DNA of 64,000 nt, from NCBI GenBank assembly GCA_964016885.1, contig OZ024745.1, forward strand, positions 90,024,001 to 90,088,000. Reading direction: 5' to 3'. The notes beneath the pieces were generated by a model, which did no database searches, had not been told where the DNA came from, and saw only the letters and a program-made list of their open reading frames with translations. Below, piece by piece: positions 51,442 to 64,000 of this stretch. The stretch is from Eledone cirrhosa. Its lineage: Eukaryota. A program made the position numbers and the translations under genes. Each line of letters begins with the position of its first letter. Within the stretch, counting starts at the first letter, position 1.

Positions 51442-51499
51442 TATATATATATACATATATATATATATGTGTATGTGGAGGGGGGGGGTGCGTCCACTT

Positions 51500-51670
51500 C
51501 AGCTGGCTGTTGACTCTGTGCTCCAAGAAGAACAAGCCGGCTTCCAAAACAAGCCATCTTGCACCGAACAGATCTTCACACTGTGCAACATTCTCGAACA
51601 ATGCGTTGAGCTCCAGCACCCTTTGGCGCTCAACTTCATTGATTTGATTTCTAGAAGGCATTCAACAGTG
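51500..51670 (+). pseudogene. RTE-clade reverse transcriptase fragment
   Basis: LQEEQAGFQNKPSCTEQIFTLCNILEQCVE...LNFID followed by frameshifted KAF.S. Confidence 0.75.
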
Positions 51671-51856
51671 ACTGAGAGTAGAAGACTCACTGAACATGAC
51701 ACAAGTTCCTATTGGTATACGTATCCAGTTGTGTATTCTGGTGCATCGTGAAATTAAGTGTTTTACTCAAGAGCACAAAGCACACATGATCCGGAACATT
51801 GTGATCGTAAATCCAACAACTACAGATTACACACACGCGCGCACACACACACACAC

Positions 51857-51901
<45 letters not shown>

Positions 51902-51960
51902 AAAACATTTTTCCAATTCCAAGCCACCCGTACCTTCAATCTTTCTAATTTCTCATTCTT

Positions 51961-51996
51961 TCTTCTGATGAAAGACTAGCGTCCGAAACGTTAAGA
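51961..51996 (+). ncRNA. Very compact type I HHR (36 nt)
   Basis: TCTT-CTGATGA-aaGACtagcGTCc-GAAA-CG-TT-AAGA. The tail runs to CA/TA repeats; a tail remnant also lies at ~60612-60707. Confidence 0.75.
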
Positions 51997-52081
51997 CCCT
52001 CTTCCTGCTATTTCAAGCGTTAACCTAATATATTCCTTTCATATACTGTACCGATCGTGTTGTTATTTCTGTTTACCCTTT

Positions 52082-52195
<114 letters not shown>

Positions 52196-52228
52196 GAGAA
52201 AAACCACAAACTCTCCATCTCAATTCTA

Positions 52229-52264
52229 CTTTTGAAAAGCATAAGAACTGTGAAACCGGTAAAG
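52229..52264 (+). ncRNA. HHR with U3-A8 core variant, copy 1
   Basis: CTT-TTGAAAA-GCA..TGT-GAAA-CCGG-TA-AAG. Confidence 0.6.
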
Positions 52265-52939
52265 GAAACAAATAACTATTCTTAAATAGACTCCAGTTGC
52301 ATTTTCGATTTCATCTTTTTTCCTTATTCGTTCACTCGTGTAGGAGATCTAGTTTTTTTGTTTCATTTAAAAAAAAACCTCATTTTCTTATATATATGTA
52401 TGTATTTAATTATTATTGATTTTAATAACCTCTGTCATTTTCGTTCTACTAATTTATTTACATTCTTCACTCTGGAGCTGAGAATCATTCGGTTTCCTAA
52501 ATAGAATATTAGTCTACGACTTCATTTATACCATAAGCGTGGTTTTCTCTTTGCGTGTATTTGTTCCCGCGTCCACATAACGACGTATGATCTTCGCTTT
52601 TTTCCGTTCATTGCTAGGGAACGTCTTCACGAACCAGTGTATCGTCTTCCTGTTTTTCTTCGGTTGCAGCGTTTTTAGAAATATTTACCTCTGCGTTCAC
52701 AGATTGATTTTTTTAGTTTCAGAAGATCCTGTTTAGGGTGAAAACAGCGATTCTTTGCTTAAACTTTAATTTGTTATTCTAATAATTGAATTTAGAATTT
52801 ATAATAAATTGGAGTGAAAGCAACTGGTGCGTGTGTTTCTCATTGGCAACATGACCCTCCCAAAGTATAACAATATATATATATATATATATATATTATT
52901 TGATGTGAGAAAAACCACAGACCCTCCATCTCAACTCTA

Positions 52940-52975
52940 CTTTTGAAAAGCAGAAGAACTGCGAAACCGGTAAAG
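52940..52975 (+). ncRNA. HHR with U3-A8 core variant, copy 2
   Basis: CTT-TTGAAAA-GCAGaagaaCTGC-GAAA-CCGG-TA-AAG, within the direct repeat 52190-52325 / 52902-53045. Confidence 0.65.
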
Positions 52976-53046
52976 GAACCAAATAAATATATATATATTT
53001 TAAAAATAAAACTCCAGTTGCATTTTCGATTTCATCTTTTTTTCTT

Positions 53047-53078
<32 letters not shown>

Positions 53079-53827
53079 TATACATGATATATAATATATT
53101 AAATATATATATATACATATTATATGTATGCATAAAAGATATATATCCATATGTATATGAATGTATATATATATATATCTATGCTTACATATATATATAT
53201 TTATTTATATGTGTCTGTGTCTGTGTGTATGTGTGTATTATAATGCACCCTGTCACCTCTGTTTTCCACTTTTATTCACCGTGTCTGTTTCTATCTTTAA
53301 ATTTATCTACGTCTTATAACGTTTTTACTTTCAAATTTTTATATCATCAGTCTTAGTATATCTATTTTTCTTTCGACTATTTATTTTAAGTCATACCCTC
53401 ATAAACGAGCATTCATCCCACACGCCACTCCACCTCACACTACATCGTTTTTACACAACGAGTGGTAGTGAAACTCTGTAATGTCTACAGATAAGGTTTT
53501 ACCTAACAATACATCAGCTCAAACCTGGTACAAAAAAAAAATGAAGAGAGCAAAACTGAGATTGTATATCTTTTATTTGTTTATTTTAGAGACATTAAAA
53601 TTGTGTATAAATACGTAGGAAAATTATTGAAATACATTCTCATTCTATTTTTATAAGAAGTCTGTGCAACAATAGTATGGATTAGACATGAAAAATAGAT
53701 TCGGAATAACATTTTAAAAACACATAATTGTTTAACAAAATATTAATAATAATATATTAGTTTACGAGACCAATGTGTGTATGAAAGAGACGATATGGTA
53801 CATACATACATAAACACTAAGCACTAA

Positions 53828-53858
<31 letters not shown>

Positions 53859-54315
53859 ACTATGTATACGTACATACATATATGTATACAGACGTACAGT
53901 AGTATGTATATATATATACATACATGCACACATATATATATGTACGTATGGATTTACCAAACATTTATTATAATGCTCGGTGTGTTTGTAAACCGTACTA
54001 AGAGTGGGAAATGAAATTTCGTTTCATTTTTTCCGTTTATCGTTTTCGGTGCACCCGGCCGCTTAACCCACTCGATATGCAAATTGGGCTACTCAGCCGT
54101 TAATATGCATAAGGATAGTATATACTTTCGGACGTTCAACAATCTGGCAGGAAAGTATACGTTGCTGACGATAGCTAACAAGCTTCAAACTAGGTTTACA
54201 CGGGTGAGCACTCGATGTTTAGGTTCACTTCAGTGTCGAGGTGTAGTGCTAGACAGAGTATATTATAGTGAAAAGATAACAAGCACGATTAGTTAATCCT
54301 TCATTACATTTATTG

Positions 54316-54351
54316 CTTGGTGACGCGCGTTTCGCCACTCATCAGCTCAAG
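54316..54351 (-). ncRNA. Minimal HHR (degenerate sister copy at 60503-60536)
   Basis: CTTGAG-CTGATGA-GtggC-GAAA-CGCGCG-TC-ACCAAG. Confidence 0.65.
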
Positions 54352-55149
54352 GTTCGATCCGTATTGATCTTACTCGACTCTGTAATCCGCGGCTCGACGG
54401 ACCCTTGAAATGCTAGTAGAAAATGAATACATGCTGTTTGATAAAGACAGAAGTTCATATGTTGGTCAATAAAGTTTGTTTTGATTGGTGGATTAGTTCA
54501 TAGGGATGTTTTTGCCTGCAGTGTATGTGGGGGTGGTGTGGTGATAAGACGGTGGTGGCGGTCGCAGGCTAAAGTGGCGGTGGTGTGGGGGTGCTGGTTG
54601 TCGGTACAACGATTGGCATGTAGTTGAGGCTGATTTTTGTGTGTGGCGTGGGTGTGGTGTTGTTTGTGGTAATGGTGTTTATGTTGGTGTGATGGATGTG
54701 TTGGTGGTATCAAATTCAATAATGTGATACATACATAGACACAGTTAGTCTGACAAATACGTAGTATACATACACATGTGTATATATATATAGAGAGAGA
54801 TAGGGGGAGAGTTAGTGGAGACGGCGTTGTACAAATAAATATACTTACTCACAGACACACACACACATGCGTTGTTTAGGGAGGAATGATATGTGGTAGT
54901 GATGTTAATGATTGTTGAAGTATGGAGATGTGCCTGGTGGTGGTGTGTGCGACAAAATATTTACAGGATCGAATTTTACGATGGATTACAGGTTAAAAAG
55001 TGACATATATATATATAGGAAAAGAGTCAGGACCCGGACAGCGGATCTCCGATATATATATAAATAACTACCCCGAAGGCGATTTTCTTTTCTTGCTACA
55101 GGGGGACGCGGCCGAACGCATGGTGGTGCTTCTTCGACGGCCGACTCCT

Positions 55150-55194
<45 letters not shown>

Positions 55195-55195
55195 C

Positions 55196-57350
55196 GAAGG
55201 ATTAGTATGGTTCGTTGATTACTCAATGAATACAATTTTACAATAGATTAGAAGTAATCAACAGAAAAGTTTTCCTGGAGTTTTTAATATTATTCAAAAT
55301 ATTAACAAATGAAAAATATTCTCATAATCAAAATATATACTTTATTATATATGTTTCAAAGATACTGTGGTTTTTTTCAGTCCATCCTCATCACACAAAA
55401 TATATGATTTGATATATGACATACCGCTACGGTCTTGATTATTCAATTCCAATATTGGCAGTGATTTATTTCATCAAATCTCAACGTTTATATACCACAA
55501 ATAATATGATAAAGTTAAAGAAGAAAAGGACGTAGAGCAAATTAGAGAGATAAGAGAGGGTGTAAAAAAGAGAAAAGTCAAGAAAAAAAAATACATACAT
55601 AAATAGATAAATGAATAAAAAATAAATAAATGGAGGAATGAAAAAAAGAAATATATAAAAAAAGAAAAGAGGAATAATGACAAAAGAGAGGAAGGTGTGG
55701 GGAAAGTAAATGGAACTAAATGGAACTAAAGAAAAATAAAGAAAAATAAGGGAACATCAAATAGGGGGGGGGGGTGTAGAGAAAAAAACCGTTGTTTTCA
55801 AATGTTAGATCAAATAGGGCAGGCATCTAATCAATTCACAAAGAATTGAATATCTCTTGTATTTGATTATGCTTACTTATATATTATATCAAAATTAATC
55901 AGTATAGATTACTTTCTATAGCAATCACATATTTATTTTAATTAAGAATTTATATAATTTAATTTAACTTATTATAGAATTATTATTTTTAATTTTAAGG
56001 TAATATATTCTATAAATATTTTGTTACATTTTAAAAGAATTAATCTTTAAAACGTATTTAAATAATTATTAAATATGTATTAAAATATAATACCATACAT
56101 ATATCACCATCAATACATATAATATATTTAGATCATTTATTACCCAAATTATTTTATTTAATTAGGATATTCTCTTTTTAAAATCTTTACTATTCTTTAA
56201 TTTTCATTTAATTTCTAAGATTAAACTGTAGTTATATTTGCCCTCAAAAGTTTTATTTCATTAATTTAATGAAAGTTTATATTTACATCTGTATTTACTT
56301 ATTTTGATATATAGTTTCCTTTTAATGATAGTCTTATATAATTAATCTACATATTTCATATCTAATATAATTTAGCAAGATAGTCAAAAAGAAAAGAAAT
56401 TTTTACGGACAATGTAAACAAAAAGAAGATAACTCATTTACTATATACAAACATTTAAAACTTATATCTACTCTCACGTCCAGCGATATTTCAAAACCAT
56501 AAATCATCTATTGTCTAATTAAATATTGAACTGTTCTAATCAAAACAAAGGATAACAAGACTGTTAATGAAATTATTCTAATACATATAAATATCAATAA
56601 ATTATTATCACAATAAGGCAAAACTTATATATATATTTAAATTATTAATTGTCAATATTTTTTCGAAACTTGTACATTGCCTGAAGAGTTTTACTAATTT
56701 TATGGTGACAATTACAAAATAATTCATTTTTTTTTTTGTTGTTGATTAAATTGTCATAATTTGTAATTATCTGTAGAGTCTCAAGGTTACAAAGAAATTT
56801 TGCGAAATAGTTGAGTTCTGATAGGAATTAGCATCCTTTAATTTTGTCCAACAGATGGAGTATTTAATATTATTGTCCTTTAAAGACCATACTAATTGTA
56901 AAAGTGAAGTTGAAAATTTCTTATCTGGTTTACTGAAAGAGTGTCTATGATTATTCCAACGTTCCTTAAATTTAGATGAAGTGGCACCAATGTAGTTATA
57001 TAGATTATTATTTGTCTTAATGGTACATTTATCTATTTATGTATGTATTTTTTTTCTCGCATTTTCTCTTGTTTACACCCTCTCTTATATCTCTAATTTG
57101 CCTACGTCCTTTTCTTCTTTAAGTTTATCATATTTTTTGTGGTATATAAACGTTGTGATTGGATGAAATAAATCACTGCCAATACTGGAATTGAATAATC
57201 AAGACCGTAGCGGTATGTCATATATCAAATCATATATTTTGTGTGATGAGGATGGACTGAAAAAACAACACAGTGCCTTTGAAATATATATAATAAAGTA
57301 TATATTTTGATTATGAGAATATTTTTCATTTGTTAATATTTTGAATAATA
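55196..57350 (-). mobile_element. 5'-truncated Naiad-type PLE with inverted terminal arm
   Basis: Minus 57030-56880 encodes KCTIKTNNNLYNYIGATSSKFKERWNNHRHSF (GIY-YIG). 55290-55600 is the reverse complement of 57040-57350. (TA)n flanks. Confidence 0.8.
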
Positions 57351-57411
57351 TATATATAAATATATATATATATTATTCAAAATATTAACAAATGAAAAAT
57401 ATTCTCATAAT

Positions 57412-57466
<55 letters not shown>

Positions 57467-58947
57467 AGTTTATATGTACACTCACCATTGTTTACATATA
57501 TACAGCAATGGATAATGTAATGATCCATTCAAGGTAATCTTACCACATTAATAGACTGAACAGTTTCTTGGTTTCTCGATGTTTTAGGGACTGGGAAAAT
57601 TTTTAATTAAAAAATAAAATTCAAGTTTAAATTATCGTTATTTAATTCGCTTTCCCTCGAGCACATTGAAATTAACGTTCGGAAAATGATACACATTCAG
57701 CCAACTATAAAGTAATGTTCTGCAATGAAATGCTACAAATTATCACGTTGAAAAACATAATTTTAATGTGTTGGGTTAAAGGTCATTAAAGGTGCCAGTG
57801 TATTGCTTTTCTACGTGGATCTCAAATACTCCTAAGATGATTCGAGTATCCAATGTACTGCAATATTACAAACATTTAAAATATACAACGGATCAATTCT
57901 TCAGCTAGTGTTGAAATGGAATATTCCGCATGGTCCCTCAACAACGAGAAGTTGCAGCCAAATCTCTTTCAAATCATACATTGGTCAATTAAGTCTCTGG
58001 TGAGTTGGTTATGGCTGAAACAGCTTTGATCAGTTTATCTGGAAGTAACAACAACAACAACTACAACAACAGCATTAAGTTTCCATCATATGTTGTTGTA
58101 TTTTGTTGTTGTTTTCTTGTTGATAAAAATAAATGAATTATCAGCAATAATGAAATAAAATATGAACTTCCGTGCTGAAATGTTCAGTATTTTATTCTTT
58201 CTTTGTATGAACTCGCACAAATAAAAATCATTAATCATTCGCATTTCCTCGTTAGCGGCCACACATAAATTATCTTTGAAAAACTTCATAAATATTCATT
58301 TTGGTTCACAACAATTCTTCAGGAATAACATTTCAAAATAAAGCAAAAATCACGAGTTTGTTTTTAAGATATATAAAATATTCTGTTTTGAATTGCAGAC
58401 GGACGGTTGAAGAATTGCTTTTCTTTCATTGATTTATAGCATTCATAAATCGTAATTGAATGTAGAGATATGTATATATTGGTGAATATTATTATTCTGA
58501 ATGGTTAGATTACTGTTATTAAGGGCATATGTTCTGTAACATTGCTGCTATTGACACGATTTATGATTTTACGGTTCATGACCTGTACTGATATCTCTTT
58601 TAATGTTACGAAAGGGTATTAAAGACATATCGACATAATTGCACCCATTTCCCATTCTTGATATCAGGATATAATTTCCTGATAAACTACTCAGTATTTC
58701 TTCTATAGAGATATAAATTCAAAGAATGTATAACCGAGAACAGACGGCATGCAATTTATTCGTGTATTTTCTGTTGATTGAAATAAAATCATCTAGCAAT
58801 GTACTAAATAAACTTCCGAGAATTATTTCATCGATTGTTTTATATATATTGTCGACTGAAGTGAGGAGTCATATGGAAATATTTTACTCCGTTATATACA
58901 CTGCATCACGTTTCTAGTGTGTGGAATAGTATGATTTGCTTCCACTG

Positions 58948-58989
<42 letters not shown>

Positions 58990-60160
58990 TAGACCTGAAA
59001 AATGCACAAGCTCAAAAGAGCCACAGAATGTTATAATAAACCTTCAAAAGTGTGGGACTAGAGTTGCTGCTCAAAAATATTGTAATCATTATCTATCGTA
59101 CACTCTGTGGCATCCTTTTATAAAAAAGAGATTCATAACGAACTCAAGACGATACGATAATTATTTAAGCTAATGTTCAATATCTCATATTAGATGTTTA
59201 GTAATGATTAATACGAAATGCACTTAAAACGAATTCTATATTATAAATTCACTTAAATAATTATCGTGTTGTCTTGAGTTCGTTATGAGTCTCTTTTTTA
59301 TAAAAGGATGCCAGAGAGTGTACGATAGATAATGATTACAATATGTTTGAGCAACAACTCTAGTACCACACTTGTTAAGGTTTATTATAACATTCTGTGG
59401 CTCTTTTGAACTTGCGCATTTTTCAGGTCTAGTTTAATATTTTTTTAAGGTAACGCTTGTAATAACTCTAGTTAAACATGATATATATTAATAATTGTTT
59501 CTACTTTAGGCACAAGGCCAGCAATTACCCAGTGCATTACTGGTACTTTATTTTATCGACCCCGTAAGGATGAAAGGCAAAGTCAACCTCGGCGGGATTT
59601 GAACTCAGATCGTAAAGGGACGTAACTATGCTGGAAAGCATGGCGTCCGACCCTCTACCGATACTGCCAATCCACCGCCCTTGATATATATATATATGAT
59701 ATATATTAATAATAAACTATCGTTGTAATGTAATTAGATTATATAATTGTTATTTTATAAAGGAGTTTATAAATATTATTGTAAGAATATAAAAATATTT
59801 TCAGACTTTTCATAGTTAATATAAATTTAAAAAATCATATATAAATTAACAATATAACTTACCAAAACGAGAAAAATATTTTGATGATAAACGACGAAAT
59901 ACTGGAGGAAGATTTGAAAGCGAAACAATAAATAAACGTGGAAACAAAGTGACGGATGCTTTTGAGCAACAATTTCTCTCGTTGGTTGATTAGGCAATAA
60001 GACGATGAAATTAGCCAATAAGACGATACATTACAAAAGTTGTTTGGCAGGGATCACCATGGCCAGCGAGACCCCTTGAATTTTTTATTCACAAGCTACG
60101 CATGTATGCCAGACACGCAGACTTAAAATATTCTGTTGTTAGTCACTGAGTGTCTAACAA
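58990..60160. mobile_element. Second, inverted copy of the 9390-10552 fold-back family, interrupted by a SINE
   Basis: Internal inverted repeat 58990-59170 / 59250-59432. Confidence 0.75.
59496..59681 (-). mobile_element. Full-length Meta-domain-like tRNA SINE
   Basis: Complete head to tail. TGATATATATTAATAAT is repeated on both sides (TSD-like). Confidence 0.85.
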
Positions 60161-60278
60161 ATATATATATACGTAGCAAGGAAAGTGTGGTAAGAAACCA
60201 GGTGGACTATAACGCACCAAAGTACTCGATACTTAGGCTAGATAGCTCAGCCCTCGGGGTCGGGGTCCTGACTCTTTT

Positions 60279-60354
<76 letters not shown>

Positions 60355-60824
60355 ACTGGATTACCTATAACGATAATTGTTATCCCATCCATATACATAC
60401 ATACATATATATATATATATGGCGAGGTGTAGAGCTAGACAGTGTAATATGATAATACAAGGACGATTTGTTAAGCCTTCATTACTTTTATTGTTTTATT
60501 GATTGGTGACGCGCGTTTCGCTATTGATCAGCACAAGGTCCGATCTGTATCGATCTGGCCCAACTCTGGAATCAAAAGCTCGTCGGACCTCTCCTATAGT
60601 ATATATATGACCAAAACATTAAAACTCTCTTCTTGTTATTTCAAGCGTTAAACTAATATATTTCTTCCATGTACTGTGCCGTTTGTTTTGGTGTTTTGTT
60701 TGCCTTATATATATATATATATATAAATTTTGAGTATATGTTGGTTGTATACCAACACCTCAGTATGCAGATTGGAGCACTCGACGAAGTGCGCAGGTTG
60801 GTTTGGTTACTCCGGAGTAATGTA

Positions 60825-61228
60825 AAATAAACTAAAATAAATAAGTCAAATATTTAACATTTGGGTTCGTTTATTATTGCTATATATATTTCGGTGACAG
60901 CCACCTTTGGCTGTGACCTCTTCAGGCAGTCCGAATTAGTGTGGTAGAGACGAGTACACATGTTGTTGAGGTGTTTAACTTTGTCAATGCTCTGATATGC
61001 CCAGCTCCTGGTTGGGTTGTTATTTCACTGAGGAACTGGAATCATATGATTCCAGTTCCTCAGTGAAATAACAACCCAAAATAACATGTGTACTCGTCTC
61101 TACCACACTAATTCGGACTACCTGAAGAGGTCACAGCCAAAGGTGCCTGTCAGCGAAATATATATATATAGCAGTAATAAACGAAGCCAAATTTTTTATA
61201 TTTGACTTATTTATTTTATTTTATTTTA
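60825..61228. mobile_element. Fold-back mini-element with two HHRs (60876-60930 minus, 61117-61175 plus)
   Basis: Palindrome centred at 61045/61046 (AATCAT|ATGATT); CTGAAGA-..CAC AGCC..-GAAA-TATATA..-GCAGT. Confidence 0.85.
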
Positions 61229-61300
61229 TATATATATAGTAATAATAATAAATTTGAAGACTAAAATCCAAAGAGGGCTCAATAAGGATAAATATATATC

Positions 61301-61432
<132 letters not shown>

Positions 61433-61522
61433 CGTTTCTGAATTTGTTTAGCAAGATTCTTTATCTGAAATCGTGTGTTGAAACCGATATTGTTATACTT
61501 TGGGAGGGTCATGTTGCCAATA

Positions 61523-61567
61523 AGTCACTGAAGAGGTCACAGAGTGTGTGACGAAAGGACTATGACT
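61523..61567 (+). ncRNA. Minimal type I HHR in a 300-bp partly inverted remnant (61431-61730) of the 33200-34137 PLE family
   Basis: AGTCA-CTGAAGA-gGTCAC..GTGAC-GAAA-GGAC-TA-TGACT. Confidence 0.8.
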
Positions 61568-61920
61568 ATATATAAACAACTATCTGGTTGTGGAACCAAC
61601 CAACCAACCAGAAATTTATAAGTTTGTAAATTTGTAAATTTATAAATTTATAAATATATAATAAATTGAAGTGAAACAACTGGTGCGTGTGTTTCTTATT
61701 GGCAACATGACCCTCCCAAAGTATAACAATATATATATATATATATATATATGTATAAGCCAATAAAAATCTTTTGATGTTGTAGACGCTCTTGTGTTCT
61801 TTATTATATATATATATTTATATATATATATATAACTTCTCAGCAATGGCATTTTAAACTTGTTTATATTTTCGAATTGGAGATGCCTGACATAGATGGT
61901 AAATATGTTATTTATAGTGT

Positions 61921-62006
61921 TTAATAGATTCTGAGGAAATCAGTACAGAGGAAAATAATGGAACATCATCTTACTGTATTGATAGAAACGTTCGTAAATC
62001 AATTAA
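61921..62006 (+). ncRNA. Type I HHR
   Basis: TTAATaGATT-CTGAGGA-aATCAGTACAG..CTGTATTGATa-GAAA-CGttCG-TA-AATCaATTAA. Confidence 0.85.
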
Positions 62007-62104
62007 ATAATTTAATGGAAGTTAATACTGGTTATTTTCTTCTTTCATATACTTGATGTGATATTGTAAATCTACTGTGACTGGAAACTAACTGATTGGA
62101 TTAA

Positions 62105-64000
62105 ACGGTGTATATGATGGCTGTGTTTGTGTCTGTGTAAGTGTGTGTGTTATGTTGTATGTGATGGCTGTGTCTGTGTGAGTGTGTGTGTGATGGTGTA
62201 TATGATGGCTGTGTCTGTGTGAGTGTGTGTGTGATGGTGTATATGATGGCTGTGTCTGTGTGAGTGTGTGTGTGATGGTGTATATGATGGCTGTGTCTGT
62301 GTAAGTGTGTGTGTGATGGTGTATATGATGGCTGTTTCTGTGTGAGTGTGTGTGTGATGGTGTATATGATGGCTGTGTCTGTGTGAGTGTGTGTGTTATG
62401 TTGTATGTGATGGCTGTGTCTGTGTGAGTGTGTGTGTTATGTTGTATGTGATGGCTGTGTCTGTGTGAGTGTGTGTGTGATGGTTTGTGTGACGGCTGTG
62501 TCTGTGTGAGTGTGTGTGTGATGGTGTATATGATGGCTGTGTCTGTGTGAGTGTGTGTGTGATGGTGTATATGATGGCTGTGTCTGTGTGAGTGTGTGTG
62601 TGATGGTGTATATGATGGCTGTGTCTGTGTGAGTGTGTGTGTGATGGTGTGTGTGATGGCTGTGTCTGTGTGAGTGTGTGTGTCATGGTGTATATGATGG
62701 CTGTGTCTGTGTGAGTGTGTGTGTCATGGTGTATATGATGGTTGTGTCTGTGTGAGTATGTGTGTGATGGTGTATATGATGGTTATGTCTGTGTGTGTGT
62801 GTGTGATGGTGTGTGTGATGGCTGTGTCTGTGTGAGTGTGTGTGTGATGGTGTATATGATGGATGTGTCTGTGTGAGTATGTGTGTGATGGTGAGTGTGA
62901 TGGCTGTGTCTGTGTGAGTGTGTGTGTGATGGTGTATATGATGGCTGTGTATGTGTGAGTGTGTGTGTGATGGTGTGTGTGATGGCTGTGTATGTGTGAG
63001 TGTGTGTGTGATGGTGTGTGTGATGGCTGTGTCTGTGTGAGTGTGTGTGTGATGCTGTATATGATGGCTGTGTCTGTGTGAGTGTGTATGTGATGGTGTA
63101 TATGATGGCTGTGTCTGTGTGAGTATGTGTGTGTGATGGTGTATATGATGGCTGTGTCTGTGTGAGTATGTGTGTGTGATGGTGTATATGATGGCTGTGT
63201 CTGTGTGAGTGTGTGTGTGATGGTGTATATGATGGCTGTGTATGTGTGAGTGTGTGTGTGATGGTGTATATGATGGCTGTGTATGTGTGAGTGTGTGTGT
63301 GATGGTGTGTGTGATGGCTGTGTATGTGTGAGTGTGCGTGTGTGATGGTGTATATGATGGCTGTGTCTGTGTGAGTGTGTGTGTGATGGTGTATGTGATG
63401 GCTGTGTCTGTGTGAGTGTGTGTGTGTGATGGTGTATATGATGGCTGTGTCTGTGTGAGTATGTGTGTGTGATGGTGTATATGATGGCTGTGTCTGTGTG
63501 AGTGTGTGTGTGATGGTGTATATGATGGCTGTGTCTGTGTGAGTGTGTGTGTGAGTGTGTGTGTGATGGTGTATATGATGGCTGTGTCTGTGTGAGTGTG
63601 TGTGTGATGGTGTATATGATGGCTGTGTATGTGTGAGTGTGTGTGTGATGGTGTGTGTGATGGCTGTGTATGTGTGAGTGTGTGTGTGATGGTGTGTGTG
63701 ATGGCTGTGTCTGTGTGAGTGTGTGTGTGATGCTGTATATGATGGCTGTGTCTGTGTGAGTGTGTATGTGATGGTGTATATGATGGCTGTGTCTGTGTGA
63801 GTATGTGTGTGTGATGGTGTATATGATGGCTGTGTCTGTGTGAGTGTGTGTGTGATGGTGTATATGATGGCTGTGTCTGTGTGAGTGTGTGTGTGATGGT
63901 GTATATGATGGCTGTGTCTGTGTGAGTATGTGTGTGTGATGGTGTATATGATGGCTGTGTTTGTGTGAGTGTGTGTGTGATGGTGTATATGATGGCTGTG
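62105..64000. repeat. 41-bp GT-rich minisatellite, ~45 copies, continuing past the window end
   Basis: Unit GATGGTGTATATGATGGCTGTGTCTGTGTGAGTGTGTGTGT (e.g. starts at 62192 and 62233). Confidence 0.95.

Noticed and set aside
62105-64000. CRISPR-like array or telomeric repeat
   Set aside because: Units are contiguous with no unique spacers, the context is eukaryotic, and the unit is not TTAGGG.

Overview
AT-rich, microsatellite-saturated animal DNA. The SINE families and (TA)n density suggest a cephalopod (Octopus-type) genome, by inference. The only host coding sequence I can support is one 169-bp minus-strand exon of an HSPA12-family gene (50570-50738), so most of the window is probably one very large intron filled with transposons. 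These include a full-length Naiad-type Penelope-like element (PLE) with an open RT + GIY-YIG ORF (17495-22662), several truncated PLEs, a Helitron lacking its Rep domain (12225-16527), three R4/Dong-type RLE retrotransposons at (AAT)n, a decayed Tx1/L1 element, RTE remnants, tRNA-derived SINEs and a 41-bp minisatellite. The striking unannotated layer is about 30 minimal type-I hammerhead ribozyme (HHR) motifs from more than 10 sequence families. Most sit in 0.2-0.7 kb non-coding fold-back elements bounded by (TA)n. One hairpin (27241-27537) carries about 34 A-to-G changes on the same strand in both arms and only in the paired part. That pattern fits an ADAR-hyper-edited hairpin RNA that was reverse-transcribed back into the genome. 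All counts and alignments were done by eye.
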